Shown here: positions 1 to 15,719 of the stretch, in pieces
Numbering within the stretch: the first letter of the stretch is position 1
How the letters are laid out: every line of letters begins with the position of its first letter
From: the human T2T-CHM13v2.0 reference genome, Homo sapiens
Assembly: GCF_009914755.1 (NCBI RefSeq)
Contig: NC_060929.1
Length of the DNA: 64,000 nt
Strand: one strand, 5' to 3'
Translations under genes and position numbers: made by a program
Notes under the pieces: model-generated
Databases searched by the model: none
What the model was told of the DNA's origin: nothing
The model's input: only the letters and a program-made list of their open reading frames with translations

Positions 1-298
1 CCGGGCACAGTGGCTCACCCCCGTAATCCCAGCACTTTGGGAGGCCAAGGCAGGCCGACCACGAGGTCAGGAGATTGAGACCATCCTGGCCAACATGGTG
101 AAACCCTGTCTCTACTAAAAATACAAAAATTAGCCAGGCATAGTGGCATGTGCCTGTAATCCCAGCTACTCAGGGGGCTGAGACAGGAGAATCACTTGAA
201 CCTGGGAGGCAGAGGTTTCAGTGAGCTGAGATCACACCACTGCACTCCAGCCTGGCAACAGAGCGGGACTCCATCTCAAAAAAAAAAAAAAAAAAAAA
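1..298 (+). mobile_element. Alu (AluSc-like)
   Basis: Dimeric Alu consensus with A-tail; 5' end cut by the window edge. Confidence 0.95.
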
Positions 299-1011
299 GA
301 GTTCCAGTAAAGGTTTGTTTTTAAAGGAAAAAAGAGGCCTTTTCCCTATTTTGATACATACATTGTGCCTGAAAAGAAATCAGTCATGATTACTTTTGCT
401 ATAACTATGTGTTGAATGAGATAGTCATCATTGAATGTTGTTATAATAAACTACTTGAAAAAAAGTTTTAAAATTACAGTCCTGATAAGGTGTGCATGTG
501 GAGCAAACTGTTAAAACAAAAGTCTCTTGGTGCCTTAGTTTTCTCATTGGAAGCTGATTTCTTCTTCCCTCATCCCCCACCCTTGCTGACCATGGCAGGT
601 AGCTGCTTTAATCACTAAGCATTTATTATGATAGGCAATTCGCTCCTTTAAAACAACACTAAAAATATCAAGGTACTAAGACAGCTCTTTGTTTCAGAAT
701 TTCTTATAATAATATTCTAATTGATAAAATTTATGTTTTTCACAACTCTGATTTTTAAAGTGATAGTCGGGTGCTTTTGTTAAAAAAAAGAATGTTCTAT
801 AATGAATTTCTCATTTGGTGACATCATTTCATACACTTCAATATCTTTTTTCTATTTTGCAACTGATATCCCAAAGTTCTTTAACACTTCAAAGTTCTTC
901 ATTGTATTTTAGCCCAATGAGTATAATATTACTAGGAGAAAAAAAGTAAATATGGGGACTTAAGACTCACTTTAAGCTGGTTCGTATGATTTCTAACATT
1001 TTTAGTCTGAG

Positions 1012-1415
1012 TGTTATAGGTCAGGCTCCCCAGGAAATAGACTCTGAGATAAAGATTTCTTGCAAGAGGTTTACTGGAGGGTGCTCTTGGAGTTACCCCT
1101 GAGCAGGGAGGGCAGGAAACAGGAATGGGTGGAAGGAGAAGTTGAGGCCATGCGGTCGCTTCAGCTGTTCTACAGAGAGCTCAGGGGCCCGGATGATCCT
1201 GCAGAATTGTTCCCCCTTTGACAGCCACTGGATGCAGGCTGACTCCTGGAAGGGAGTGTCACTTCTGGCAAGGCAGCTCTCTTTGGCATAGGACAATTCC
1301 TGGAGAGATATTTTGTTAAGAGCTTTCAGCAAACAACACTTCCAGCAATTCTAGGAATAAATGCCTTGGTCGTAAAGCGGGGCTCAGAGTGGGGCACCCC
1401 GTACCCACCACACCA
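1012..1415 (-). mobile_element. MLT1 (ERVL-MaLR; J/K/L-like) LTR remnant
   Basis: tgttataggtcaggctccccaggaaatagactctgagat...aggtttactggagggtgctcttgg resembles the MLT1 LTR end. Confidence 0.6.
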
Positions 1416-2337
1416 AGTTTCCAGATCTCACTTTCTGCATTTCCAGCCACAAAGAACAATATTCATTCAGCTGTGGCTAGAATATCACTCCCAAAGAAAG
1501 GGCAGAAGGGAGCAACATTCATTGTGGAAAACCATGAAAGGACCATAATTCCAAGGCATTTTTCATAAAGGAAGCTAAAAGTAGAAGAGGAAAAACCCAT
1601 TCCGTTGTTGTCAAGGAAGCAAGAAAGAGAATGACTTACTGGTTGGCTTACGCTAAAAATCTAATATTTTGTTCCAAATTTGCTTCATTCTGTCATACTG
1701 CATTGCTAGTGTTCTGGTTATTTCTTGCATTTGTATCGTAGAAATAATTAACAACATCCTAAGAAGGGGCCTAGAGATTATTAAGTGTAATTTTCTATGG
1801 TGCATGACATAGTAAGGCTAATAGATGAATCCCATGAAGTAGCTGATATTTTGGTCAGTAAGCAAGACTGGAGGACATCAGCCACTCATGATTGTTTTCC
1901 CAGTTTTCTGTTCCAAAGATACCTGGTTCCAAGAGGAGATAGTACAGATGAAATGAATTTACAGAGCAAATGGGGAAAGTGGGTTTTATCAAATGCTCAG
2001 GGACCAAGGAAGATGTCTTCTGGACAGGGAAGAGTGTTGTCGACCTGTTCCCATCAACATATGGCAACTTGAACTCTGACTCTGCCTTGGCAGCCTGGAA
2101 ATGAACTGGGCATATTTTGAAGCAAATGACACTAATTAAGATTTGCTGAGGTATGTGGGAAGGAGAAAATATAAATGTTTTAAAGAGCTTCTTCACAGGA
2201 ATGTTTATTTAACCTGTGGTAGACTAAGTAGAAAACACTTAAATCTTAAAAGGAAAATGCTTCATACGTTATGTATTCCTAATCCATCACAAAGAAAATA
2301 AGATTCCACAAACATTGCCAAAATAGTAGTCCTCCTC

Positions 2338-2636
<299 letters not shown>

Positions 2637-2860
2637 AGTAGTCCTCGTCCAGACAGAGTCTTTTAAGGAGAATCCAACCCTTCCTGTTCTAACACATAGA
2701 AAAACGAAGGTACACAAAAGAAATATCTGTTCCTAAACATCTCCACAACATTAACACCCCAACCTACATGTTTGTAACCATATAAATGATTTGACAGGGG
2801 CAGTAGATATGCAAATACTGTAAGGCAAAAAAAAGTGCAGGGAATTGTTTACAATTCTTG

Positions 2861-3251
2861 TGCTATGATTTTAATGTTTGTCCCCTCTAAAACTCATGCT
2901 GAAATGTAATTGTCATTGTGATGGTATTGGGATGTGGAACCTTAAAGAGGTGTTTAGGTCACAAGGACTCCACCTTCATGAATGAACTGAAACTATTATC
3001 ATGAGAGGCAGCTTGTTATCATGGGAGTGGGTTTGGCCCCTCTTGCACTCTCTCTCTCTCTCTACCCCCCTTGCTTCTGTCATGTGATGTCTTCCACCAT
3101 GTTATAGCACAGCAAGAAGGCCCATGGCAGATACTGGCACCTTGATATTGGATTTCCCAGCCTCCACAACTGTGAGTGGATAAATTCCTGTTTATTATAA
3201 ATCACCCAGCCTTAGGTATTTGGTTATAGCAGCATAGAATGAACTAATACA
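2861..3251 (+). mobile_element. MST (MaLR) solo LTR
   Basis: TG...CA termini (tgctatgattttaatgtttgtcccct...gaactaataca); 5-bp TSD tcttg/ccttg. Confidence 0.85.
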
Positions 3252-3539
3252 CCTTGAAAGATCTAGGATTGGGTCCTGAAATCAATCATCCTTGAACTTG
3301 ATATTGGAACCCCTCATTTTTGGTTTCTTTAAAGTTTATCTCTTGAAGATGGTTTGTGTGGTAAAAGTAAATTTGAAAAGATAAGTGATGAAAAGTATGT
3401 GGAGGCAAAGAAGGAGAGATAGGGAGCAAGGAGGAAAATAAGCAAAGAAAAGTGATTACAATCAGATGGCCCCATAATCATTATAACAGCGCATATAAGT
3501 TGAGTGCCCTCTGAGATTTCCTTCTCTGATGTGCACATG

Positions 3540-3700
3540 CATTACCTTAATAATTCAAGCAATTAACTCTATGAAGTTGGTACTGTCCTTATCTCCATTT
3601 TTGCTGATGAGGAACCTGAGGCTTGATGAGGCTAAGCAGTTGTGTAGCACAGATAGGAGGTGGTACCAATGAAACTATAGCTCAAGAAGGCCACTTCCGT
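3540..3700 (-). mobile_element. MIR fragment
   Basis: MIR core atctccatttttgctgatgaggaacctgaggct. Confidence 0.65.
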
Positions 3701-5008
3701 GTAAGAGCTTCATCTCCCTATGTATCCATAGACTCTCGCAGGTTAGGGCTAAAGAGCCCTTCAAGATCCAGAGACCATTCTGCCCAAGCCTCTCTTACTG
3801 CAGGCAAGGAAACGGAGGCCCAAAGCAAAAGACAAGTCATCTCTAAATTGCCTCTTTGGTTGTGTATGTTGTCTTCCAGAAAGATATGTAATTAAATGAT
3901 AAATGATATTGTGGTCTGCAATATTTCTGTTTGCCCTGGTAATAAATCATCAGGACATGGAAATGTCCTAGGTTTTGTGACCAGACCCACAGTCTTTTCT
4001 GCTGCAGATGGCAGAACTAAGCACACTGGCTTAACTTGCTAAAGAAAACATTTTGGATGCCCAGGTTCCCTTGAATGGGGTTTCTGGGGATCGGCTGAAT
4101 CAGGGCCTAATTTCTCCCGGAGCTCTGAAGTCATCGTAAGCTGGAACAATGACAGCAATCCCAGCCACCTACAGAGAAAACCTGATAATACTATAAAGTC
4201 TGGGATTGATTTTTAGGAAGACTCTTGGTGTTTCCAGGGGCCACAGCAAAAATATGACTGTGTTAGTCATGCATTCGTGGGATTAGAGCTGCCTCAGGCA
4301 GGGACTCAGATTATGGATGAGGCCAACCTCAAAAAGACCCTGGCCAATTATTTTTATTTCTGGAGCAAGGAACATTTGAAAACTTATAATTTATTCAATT
4401 ATGGAACCGGGTTGCCCTATAACCTGCTTTACATCACCCAGAATGATTTCTGAGCTTGACAAGGGTAACTCTTTGTCAAAAACTTCAGTGGTGAGAGAAA
4501 ACAGAATTACATTTTATGGTTTGAGTGTTTCCATTCAAAGGCTGAGAAGCACTGCATATGCTAAACAAGGTCAGCTTTTCCTATTCCTCTCTTATAAGGA
4601 ATTCTTAGCAACTCTGAAAAATCATCATGTATTTATTCATCAAACATTGATGCAACCTAAGGCTGGAGGAATTTACTTCGGTAACTGATCTGTAGTCACC
4701 CAGTGGTTTGGTGAGACATTCTGTGCTACAACTTATATATTCCGAGTCCAATATTTTACATCCTGAAAATATGCCAGCTCTGTCTCTTAAGCTTCATTGT
4801 CTCAAGATCATTTCCTGTTGCTAAGTTTCCAAGAGTCTGCCCTTCGCTTACTCCAGAAACATCCTGTGCTTTATGCAGAAAGAAGTCAGTAAGAGCAGTC
4901 ACACTATCCTTCCTGCTTTGGAAAAGCCCCAGGTCTCTCTGTTTACCTTCTCTTGTCTTCCTGAATGAGAGAAAAGCCTTGGGATATTGTGATGTCATTT
5001 TATTTTAA

Positions 5009-5337
<329 letters not shown>

Positions 5338-5399
5338 TAGTCTTAAACAGACACAGAATGTTATATAGTGACATGACCTTGGACTGTGAAAATGACGTA

Positions 5400-5500
5400 A
5401 TGACTCCTATCTCATGGTATTGTTGTGAAGCATAATAATGTAAGTATACACTGCCTGGCATATACTAGATGCCCAATAAATGATAGCCACCATTATTATC
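5400..5500 (+). mobile_element. MIR 3' fragment
   Basis: ttgttgtgaag...tgcctggcatatactagatgcccaataaatgatagc. Confidence 0.6.
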
Positions 5501-5700
5501 AATTTTCTAAAAGATAAAGGATATTTGCAGAGAAGATGTTCTATAAAATACTCAGCATAAGAGGGTAGAAAAGCATGTATGAATTGTAAATGAAACTTTA
5601 GCTTAGACTTCCTTGGGCTGTGGACAAGCATCTCTAGGCTGTAGCCACTCACCTGGGTCCTGAAGAAAGTTCCAGGGGGAGACGAACAGAAGTAAAGTAA

Positions 5701-6009
<309 letters not shown>

Positions 6010-6638
6010 TATAAAGGGCTTCTAATGAGGAGGTGATTTCCCCAACTGTCCCAGCGCCCTCCAAAACCAAAAATGAATCCAAGCGCCCTCTCTACCACCC
6101 TTTCCTACCCCCTCACCCTGTTCTTGAGCAGAACTGAAGACACAGACTTTAGTCTGGGCTCCCTAAACCAAAATGTTCCAAATCACAACTTCAGGGCTTT
6201 CTAAATTGGCAGCTCAAGACCCCGTTGCCCCCCATACACTTCTGACTTATGTAGATGTTTGATGATTCTTTAAAAAGTGAGCTGCTAAGTTCACATGACA
6301 GTTCTACCTCCTTTCTATGGTGATCACTTTCTGTAAGGCCTACAAAGATTTCAGCCCACTTGTTAGCCCACTTAGGCAAAGCTGTATGTATGGAAGACGC
6401 TCTGTTGCTTGTTTTAGTTCAATTGCACATGCTTAAGAATAAATCCAGGCTAACACCCATTTCTAACAGGGAACTAGAAAGAGATGTAGAAAATTGGGCA
6501 TGCAATATGTAAAAGCCTAAACAAAAAGTAGAAGCTGTGGAAAGAAATGTGAAAAAATAAAAACAGTTATGTTAGAATGGCAGGGTTGTGGAAAACTTCT
6601 TATAAAACATATTTGAATTTGGAACAATATTATTTTTA

Positions 6639-7020
<382 letters not shown>

Positions 7021-7269
7021 ATAAAAATCAAATGTTTCTGGCAACATAAAAGGAAGCACCATTATAATGCACAGAGCCTTATTTTTTCAACTCTAAATAT
7101 GCAGTGATATACACACTAAACTAATGGGGCTTTTTCTGTATACACTAGAAAAAGCTAACATATTCCTATTATTACCAGTGATATAGCATTGGCAAAAGAG
7201 GCCTCTATCTCAGTTTTCCTTTTTATAATAATTAATTCTAACATTTTGACATGCAGGTGACAGAGAACT

Positions 7270-7560
7270 AGAAAGGAAAGCTTATGAATTCAAAGACAAA
7301 ATTGGTATCTAAAAACATTTAGACAAGGCCGGGATAAAGGGTCATCTTCAAAGGAAGGCATTTAATAGGTACTAAATGTAAAGCCCTACACTTCAATACA
7401 AAAAATTATCTGCCTAAGTACAAAGGTCAAACATTTTTAGCCAGAAAAAGTAGAATAGGTTTAGGGTTTTTATTGATCACAAGTTGAGTAGAAGTAAACA
7501 GTGTGTTAGAGCCACCTTAAGGACTAAAGTAATTTAGTTTCTACTTCCAGAACCAGGATG
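7270..7560 (+). mobile_element. Ancient L3/CR1 LINE fragment
   Basis: atttaataggtactaaatgtaaagccctacactt and ttagggtttttattgatcacaagttgagtagaagtaaacagtgtg resemble the CR1/L3 3' ORF2 consensus. Confidence 0.5.
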
Positions 7561-8325
7561 ATGACTAATTTCCTGCAATAAACAAATAAACTCAAAATCT
7601 GAATATGGCCTTTAGACCTTGGATGAGCTGATTTTCCTCAGAGGATCCAGGTAAGGTTCTATCCTATTCTATGATTCTAGCCTCTCAATTTCTGCTGTGC
7701 ACCAAGGGTTTAGAATTCAGAATACATAGACTTGATAGAGGGTCTATGAATGGGTTTCAGGAGGCCTGCAAACCCTCTAATGTCATATGTAAAATGTTCT
7801 GCTTTCCATGAAATTCTAAGGCAAAGAATTTAGAAACCAATGTTCTAGACCAGGGAGTTTCAAAGGGGGCAGTGTCCATCCCAAAAAGGCAGTACATTGG
7901 CACTCATACAATTGTTCCAGGTCCTTCAGAACACATCCCAATGTTCCATCGGATATTCATGTAGGTGAAAAAGCCTTTGATAATTATCTCTAGCTCCATT
8001 TTTCATATGAGCACAAAGTGTTTTTACCTAGTTTTAATGTACATTAAATTTTCCAGGAATACAACTACCATGTACACTGTTTTGTCTGGAACCTGACCAA
8101 GAGTTGCTCACCATTTTAGAAAATCATGTTATGGACAACAATGCAATGTAGCCCTTGGGCTTTGAGTTCTTCCAACCACAGCTGTCACATTTGGATGATG
8201 ATTCTACTTGTATGAGGAAATATCCTTATTCAGCCCTTATTTCATAACGTTGATTATAAAGAAAAAGAGTCAACAACAATCAACTGAAAGCTTTCTCTTA
8301 AATCAACATTTGTTATAAAGCGATG

Positions 8326-8595
8326 TGATCCCAGCACTTTGGGAGGCTGAAGCAGGAGGATCACTTGAGCTCAGGAGTTCAAGATCAGCCTGGGCAACAT
8401 GGCAAAACCCCATCTTTACAAAAAAATACAAAAATTAACTGGGCGTGGTGGCATGTGGCTGTAGTCGTAGCTACTCAGGAGGCTCAGGTGGGAGGATCAC
8501 TTGAGCCCACAAAGATTGAGGCTGCAGTGAGCCAAGATGGCACCACTGCACTCCAGCCTGGGCAATAGAGTGAGAGCCTGTCAAAAAAAAAAAAA
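8326..8595 (+). mobile_element. 5'-truncated AluJ
   Basis: J diagnostics ggaggatcacttgagc and gaggctgcagtgagc. Confidence 0.92.
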
Positions 8596-8777
8596 TGGCA
8601 GTGAGATTATTTGATTACTTCATTTCTTAGTTGTCGTGACGGAGAATGTACCCATTGAAACATGTATTTTACCATATTTTTGTTATATTATACCTTTTGT
8701 GTTGTTGTTTATAGTTAGGCCCTCATGTTTTTGCCTCTCTTTCTTTTCTTCCTTCCTTCTATCTTCTCTTCTTCTAA

Positions 8778-9167
<390 letters not shown>

Positions 9168-9219
9168 TAGGAAGTATTTGTTATGAAAAGACGGTTGCTG
9201 CCACCCAACGCTGTTGAGA

Positions 9220-10270
9220 ATCGCTATCAAGACGCGTGTCCTCAAGTTCAATTTCCAAAATTTCCTGGAAACTGTTTTATGTTACTTCACTGTCAGAAGA
9301 CCCAGCACGGGTATGCGAAGGGAGGTATGAGCGCCTCAGAAACAACACGTAAAACACACACACGCACACACCCCCCCAACCAAACCACCCCGTCCTCTGG
9401 GGAAGAGGGTCCCTCTGCCTGATTCCCTGGAGATGGCTCCCCGCCCAGGGCCCAACTCTCTTCTCCTGGACGCCATCTCCCCGGAGCTGGGGGCCTCGGC
9501 TCCGCAACGGCTGCGAAGTTTCACCGATGCCGCAGGCCTAAGGCCACCCTTGGTCCCAAACCCAGCGCCGGGACGCGCGCCCCAGCCCCATCGGAGCTGC
9601 CATGGCCCCATGATTAGGGCCACGGTGGCCCCTGACTTTCTCTTATTAATGTTTTTTTTTTAATTGTAAATCATTACTCAGCTCAGCTCAGTCACCAGGC
9701 AAACTGTGTTTAATAAATTAGCTTAATCTATTCCGCAAGTGGTTTGTGAGTGCTGTGTTTCCTCTGGTTAAGGAAAACATTTATATTCTCTCTCCTTGCC
9801 CAGCGTTCCTGGGCTCCCGGAGTCGCTACCCAGGCCGGGCGCACGGGGAGGCCTGGAGCGGGAGGGTCTCGGCCCGCCGCTCGCGGGAACCCCCACCTCG
9901 GGCGGCCGGGAGGGCAGTTGGTGGCGGCGTGGCCTCTTTGTCCCCGTCAGCCCGAGGCGGCGCTGGTGCCCACCCGGCCTCCCCGTGGCCCAGCCCCGCG
10001 CCTCCGCCCCGGGCAGCGCGCATTCCCCTCTTCCAGAGGGGCCTCTTTAACGGCTCCCCATGAAATAATCATTCATTATGTCACCAGGAGGGAAGAAAGG
10101 GAGTGTAAGTGTCTTGATGGGATTAGAGGAAACCCCCGCAGAGATGATTTAGGGGCCGTGATAATTCATTTAATAGGGGCCTGGGGCAAATTGCTAGACA
10201 GGGAAATGGAACTGAAGCAGCTCGAAAGGGCGCCCGGCAAGGCTGTGGCGGGGGAGCCGGCTTCATTAGC
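9220..10270. promoter_or_regulatory. CpG island 1 (orphan)
   Basis: High GC and CpG density (e.g. ggcccgccgctcgcggg, gcgccgggacgcgcgcc) in non-repeat sequence against a CpG-depleted background. Confidence 0.85.
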
Positions 10271-10654
10271 AATATTTAAGAGATTTCATTTAAGAATGAG
10301 TCATAAAATGCAGTACTATTTTATCCACCTGGTTTGGTGGCCTTTAGCTTTCCTCTGCATGAATATTAAATGTGAAATGGCACTACAGCAACACATTTTG
10401 GAAAGTGTTCTTTAGGCTGTTATTTGTATGGTTGGTTTAGTTTCTCGTTTGTTAACCTTTTAAAATGAATATCATTGAAAATGGATAACTGTACAACCAG
10501 AGCTCGAAAAACATTAGGGGGAGTATAATGCTTTAGAATAGGTTGTTACTAAACTGGGTAAAGGATTTAAGTTTTTATTGATCAAAACACAAAAGGCATA
10601 GAGAGCAAGTCAGTAAATGGCAAATTACTTTGACAATTCCCAATTTTCATGCAG

Positions 10655-10890
10655 ATTTTGTGAAGCTGTCCCATTCAAAGCCACCCCCAGAGGCCCGGAG
10701 GAGACCACAAAGCTGCGAACACAGCCGGGACCTGCCCACTGACACACTGAAGAGTCAACACGATTCAGGAAAGCACTTTCAAAGAGTGTTTTATCTTGGA
10801 CAGATAATATTCCGTTTTGTTTCTGAGAGGCAATGACAATCTCTAGTTCGATTGTAAAACTATTTCCTTCAAATATACATTTTTATCTAT
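10655..10890 (+). ncRNA. Candidate terminal exon of a + strand lncRNA
   Basis: Acceptor-like tttgac...caattttcatgcag|A at 10654/10655. Variant PAS AATATA at 10872-10877 followed by GU-rich gtggtgttatttggggtttt. Inference only. Confidence 0.3.
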
Positions 10891-12939
10891 GGAGAGTGGT
10901 GTTATTTGGGGTTTTACAAACCTAAGAAGTTTACATTTGGCAACAGTGATTGTTCCCATTACAACTACAATGTAAAAAAACAGATTCTCTTTTGGTGTGC
11001 ATCCTCCCCTCTTTGGTTTCGAGGGTGACTTTCCCACGCATATCTGCCACTCACTTGGGAAGTCCTAGTCTGGAAACATTTTAGCAAATACGTAACCATC
11101 GTTCCATTGTGGCCCACACATTTGCCTGACCTGACATTCTTCCCCAAAACTCTTATATTTGCAAACTAAAACATTAGCTCTTGATTCCCTCCTCTTCCAC
11201 CTTTTAAAACTAAAAATAGCTCTTCCAGATAGGCTGTTTTCATTTTTTTTTTTTTTTTAATCGCAGCTGCACTCTGTTATTTTAACAAAACAACTGGCAG
11301 GTCTCTATTCACAGAGCTGCTTTAGCCACATAGGATACATAAGATGCATAATCAATATGTTCTTTAAAAGACTCTCTTAATCAGAAAAGATGCTAACTAC
11401 ATGTAAAATTATTCACTTACATATATTGGTTTGTGCAATTTTCCACAGTGACAGTAAAGTTGGTAGCTAAATATGTTTTTATACATAACAAAACTTAGCG
11501 AATGTCTTTTGTAAGGCATGCATTGTGAGGGTAGTATTAATATTTGTGTTTCTACGTTTATATTCCACCATCCCCTAGTAAAGATGTTCTATTTTATACA
11601 GAGTTGTAAACCACTTTGAAATATAGTGAGATGCTCTATTTTGAATAAAATCAGGTTACTGATGTACTAAATAGGCAGCGTCTGGACAAAAGCAAGCCTC
11701 ACTGAAGGTGGGTTAGTTCCCTCTAGAGCCTGTCCCCAGTCCTGAGTTCTCAGACTTTTCTCAGTGTTTCCCTTTAGTGAAAAGGAGCCAGGATTAGCCA
11801 TGAGCAGTCATGGTCAATGTTCTGAGAAGTTTTGAGAAGGAAACTCCTCTTCAGCAAAAGAACTTTCATTCTCTCCTTCTTCCTGTGAAATGGCACTCTA
11901 AAGGTGACCAAGGCAACCCAAAGAAAGATACCTGTTTGCAACATCTATTTTTGCTTTTCAGAAATAGGATTTAGTTGCCAATTAGAAAGCCAGAAAGCAA
12001 AGAAGATCCCTGCACTGCCACTTAGAATGGTTATAGCCACACACTAGCAGAAACTGAAAGATTCATCGGAAAACAACCCCCAATCCTTGGCCTTGCATTT
12101 AAATGTGAATGGGGCTGTGTGTCTACCCTGCCTTCTTGCTTTCCTTCCTTTACATGATTCCTGTCATGTCTAAAGCAGGCATACCCATACTGTTGAATCT
12201 TGGAGTAACTGACAGTGTCCAAATGATACCCTGGATTTAAACAGTTTCAAGCACAGTAGACACATTGTCACCAGACAGCCAGTGGTGGGAAACCAGTGTG
12301 TGTAGGATGCAGGGATCACGAGGGAGCAGCCACAGAGGCAGTGACTGCTTTCTGCCTTCAGAGAGCCCAGCCTCTGCACACACAGGCATCCACAGACACA
12401 AAGCCACATCCTTATCAACAGAGGGGACAGGAATATGACATTCTGCACACAGCCAAACACCTTAGAGGACTGAGGTACTGAGGACAAAATATTTAAAGCC
12501 AGTAAAGCTGGAAGTTGAGTGGGCAAAAAAGCATACATACTTTCATAGACCCATTTTTCTAGTAATAAATTCCACGGTTTTGTCTCATTACCACAAATAT
12601 ACACATACAAAGGTAAAGAAACTATATAGGCAATTATTTAAGTTCTCTCCTTTTTCAATTAATATTAACGTTTAAAACATTAAATACTATTTCTGAGGAT
12701 CACATAATCTAAAAAAAGAAGAAAGAAAAAAAAAGCCTTTATGTGAATTAACCAGAAGAACTAGCACTCCCTAACAGCAGACAAATAGGCCTCTACAACA
12801 CTTTCTCACATCTTCCTCAGGGCAACCACAAAGGAACATCATTGCCAATCACAGGAGATCTGTGCTTTGGAAACCTGAAACCACAGCGTTTTCTTCATGT
12901 GGGCAAAGTACATCAAATCTGATTAAAATAAGCTTACAC

Positions 12940-13330
12940 TACAAATTGGCCTAAGCTGTGTGGAAAGTGGTTGGCAATACATATCAAAGGCCTTAAAAAT
13001 GTTATTCTACTTAATTCATTAATTCCATCTCTGGGACTAGCTCCTGGGGCAGTTATGTGAAATGCCACCAAAGGTTTATATAAAAGATGTTTATCTTTTA
13101 TATTTATAATAGGAAAAAACAAGAAACCATACAAACATCCAATTATAGGAAATAGTGAAGTAAGTTATAGGATCCTACAATGGAATTTAATAAACCTATA
13201 TTCAATTTTATACATACAGGATCCTCTAAACTGTGTAAAACAAAACAGAGGAGAGAAAATGTTAACATGATTATCTCTGGGTGGTGAGCATTTTGGTTTT
13301 TGCCTCATATTTTGTAAATTTTCTATAATA
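12940..13330 (+). mobile_element. Old L1M (L1ME-like) 3' fragment
   Basis: tggaaagtggttggcaatacatatcaaa...aattccatctctgggacta, typical degenerate L1 3' region. Confidence 0.5.
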
Positions 13331-15719
13331 AGGATGTATTTAATAATCAGTAAAAGATATATATACATATGTACATATTTTTACATAATATATCAATGTT
13401 GTACACATCTACAATTCATTAATTTCTTTGATGTTTATAACATAATAAGCTGACAGGCAAACAAGGAATCTCAGAATCAAAATAAAACCAAAATCGCTTA
13501 TATAATGTTTCCTTTAAATAACCACATTAAAATAAATTAGCGTTTTTTTTATTCTTGCCAAGCATTGCATACCTACATATTTTCTTTTCTGTCCAATAAG
13601 TAAATTTCCTATGTAGTGATCACTGTGATTTTCTTTTGTGAGCATATGTAGGTTGAAAATGTTCCATGTTTTGATTAGAATAATCAAGCTGTCAGGTGAG
13701 AAATCCACATTTCATCATGATCATCTGCAGCTCACACTTGGCACCCAATATACACATATTTATTTTACTGACCTGGCCATACACAAATAATAGCACATGG
13801 CAAATTTGCAAAGACAGCCCTGCTCTCAGGCCATTGTATTATCTGCAAAAATCTGTTTTCAGCAGCAGACTATCCACAAATTTGACCCCCTGGCTCTTTT
13901 TTCTTTTTTTAACTAGGTCAAGTTGCTGTCCCTGTAGCACCATCAGTATATTTAATAAAAATCAAGTATATCTTGTGTTTGAAACATACATTATAAATAG
14001 ATGTATAGATGGAGCAGATATTGAGAAAAGAAATGGTAAAGATTATGAATATTAAGATTTATATTAATCTATAAGCCTATTAAAGTACAGTAAAACCTGT
14101 CCTTCAGACCACCTTTTTAAAGATATCACCTCCCTGATGGGACCACTAAATTTCGGGCCAAATTATTTTCCCATAAAGAACAATGAAAAGAAAATGATTA
14201 TATTAAGACTACTTCTACTATGGTTTCTTTCCATTGTTCCGCCAAAAATGATTCCAAACAGTAAAATAACATTGATTTTGACCTTGTTAATGAACCTGAA
14301 GAACTTCATGGAATACTCAAACACTGATTTCCATTTTTAACAGGAAAAAAAAAATGGACCCTCCGCCTCACATTTTTGAAAACACCAGCAGTAGGTAGGG
14401 ATAATTTCACTGGTATTCTGCAGATGTAGCTTATCTTGATATTGCTAATGTTCCGTAAGGTTTGTCATGTGGATTTTTCTTTGTGCCAAAAGCAGGAGAT
14501 GATTGTGTGATCTGTAAAATATTGAAGAAGCCTTCAAACTGAGAGATTTATTGCATTTCTTTTTGGTTACAAAGATTCTCATATACAATATTACTGAAGT
14601 GATCTTCAGTTTTCCAAAATGCCACTCTCTCCAAGGGAACAACTTTCTCTCCTTTGGCCTTACAAGGACTCCCTGTGGCTTTGACTAGCTTTTCTTCCAA
14701 ACAAAACTGCCGTATGATCCATGCTCCCCCGAACCTCTCAAGGAGGGCCCTGGTTCCCTTAATCAGGTTCTTCTTGAGCTCATTCATGTCAGTCAGAAAC
14801 ACCAGAGGCCCTACTCTCCTTGTGTGGTATTTCCAAGGTGTGCTTCCTAACAGTGAAGCCTCCAGAGTTGTCCATTGCAGCTTCCCAAGGATGCAATGTG
14901 CATCTGTTTAAGGGCAGAACGTGCTCATCTTATTGGGACACAGAGACACCCACTCAATGTCTGTCTATCTATTTAAATAGGGCTTCTTCCCCCAGTGGAT
15001 AGAAGGAAGAATTGATCACGTGTAGATATATTTTAAATTACTCATATTGTGCAAGGGACACATCTTAAAATTCACCAATACAAAGTAAACATGTGAGCAG
15101 TAACTGCCAATCATGCAAGTTCCTTTGGGAAGGCTTCACTAGACTCCGTACCCCTGGAGGGCAAGAACTATGTCCTGTGTGTGTTCATGTGCCCAGCTTC
15201 AAAGCCAATGCCTGCCATCATCTGCTCCCAGTAAGCCAGCATGGATAAGAACTGAGTTGCCAGCTGTGCCCACCCCAGTTTACCTCTTTCTTTAGCTGCA
15301 GGTCAGTGGACTCTCACCTGCCTGCCGTCATAGGCTGTCCATGCTGAAAGGGGCCTTGGAGCACATTGGTTCAGCGCAGCCCAGCACTCTCGTCCTAGAG
15401 ATGGGGTTACCAAAGTGTCAAGGATGCCCCAAGTAGAGACAATATATGTGGCCATGAACCTTATGGGCAAAAATCCCAGGTGTTTATTCCTGTTCCTAAA
15501 AAGAAGAAGACCACGAAATAAAAAGTGGTGTATTTTAGCTGATAGCCTAGGGTAGTAAGCCAGCTGGCTGTGGCTGTGTGGTCTGAGCTCAAAAGAAAAC
15601 TATAAACATAGTTCTTCAAATGCTGAGTGTCATAACAATACAGTTTCTCTTTTGAATCAGATTTATAATTTTTTTTCTGTTTGAGATGGAGAAAGCAAGG
15701 CACAGTGGACAGTGAGTGA

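Noticed and set aside
7730-8270. Possible old hAT/Charlie DNA transposon remnants
   Set aside because: Resemblance only; family and ends could not be assigned by eye.
9750-10415. 221-aa and overlapping ORFs in CpG island 1
   Set aside because: GC-rich low-complexity translations (Arg/Pro/Gly/Ala), open in several frames on both strands, no recognisable domain.
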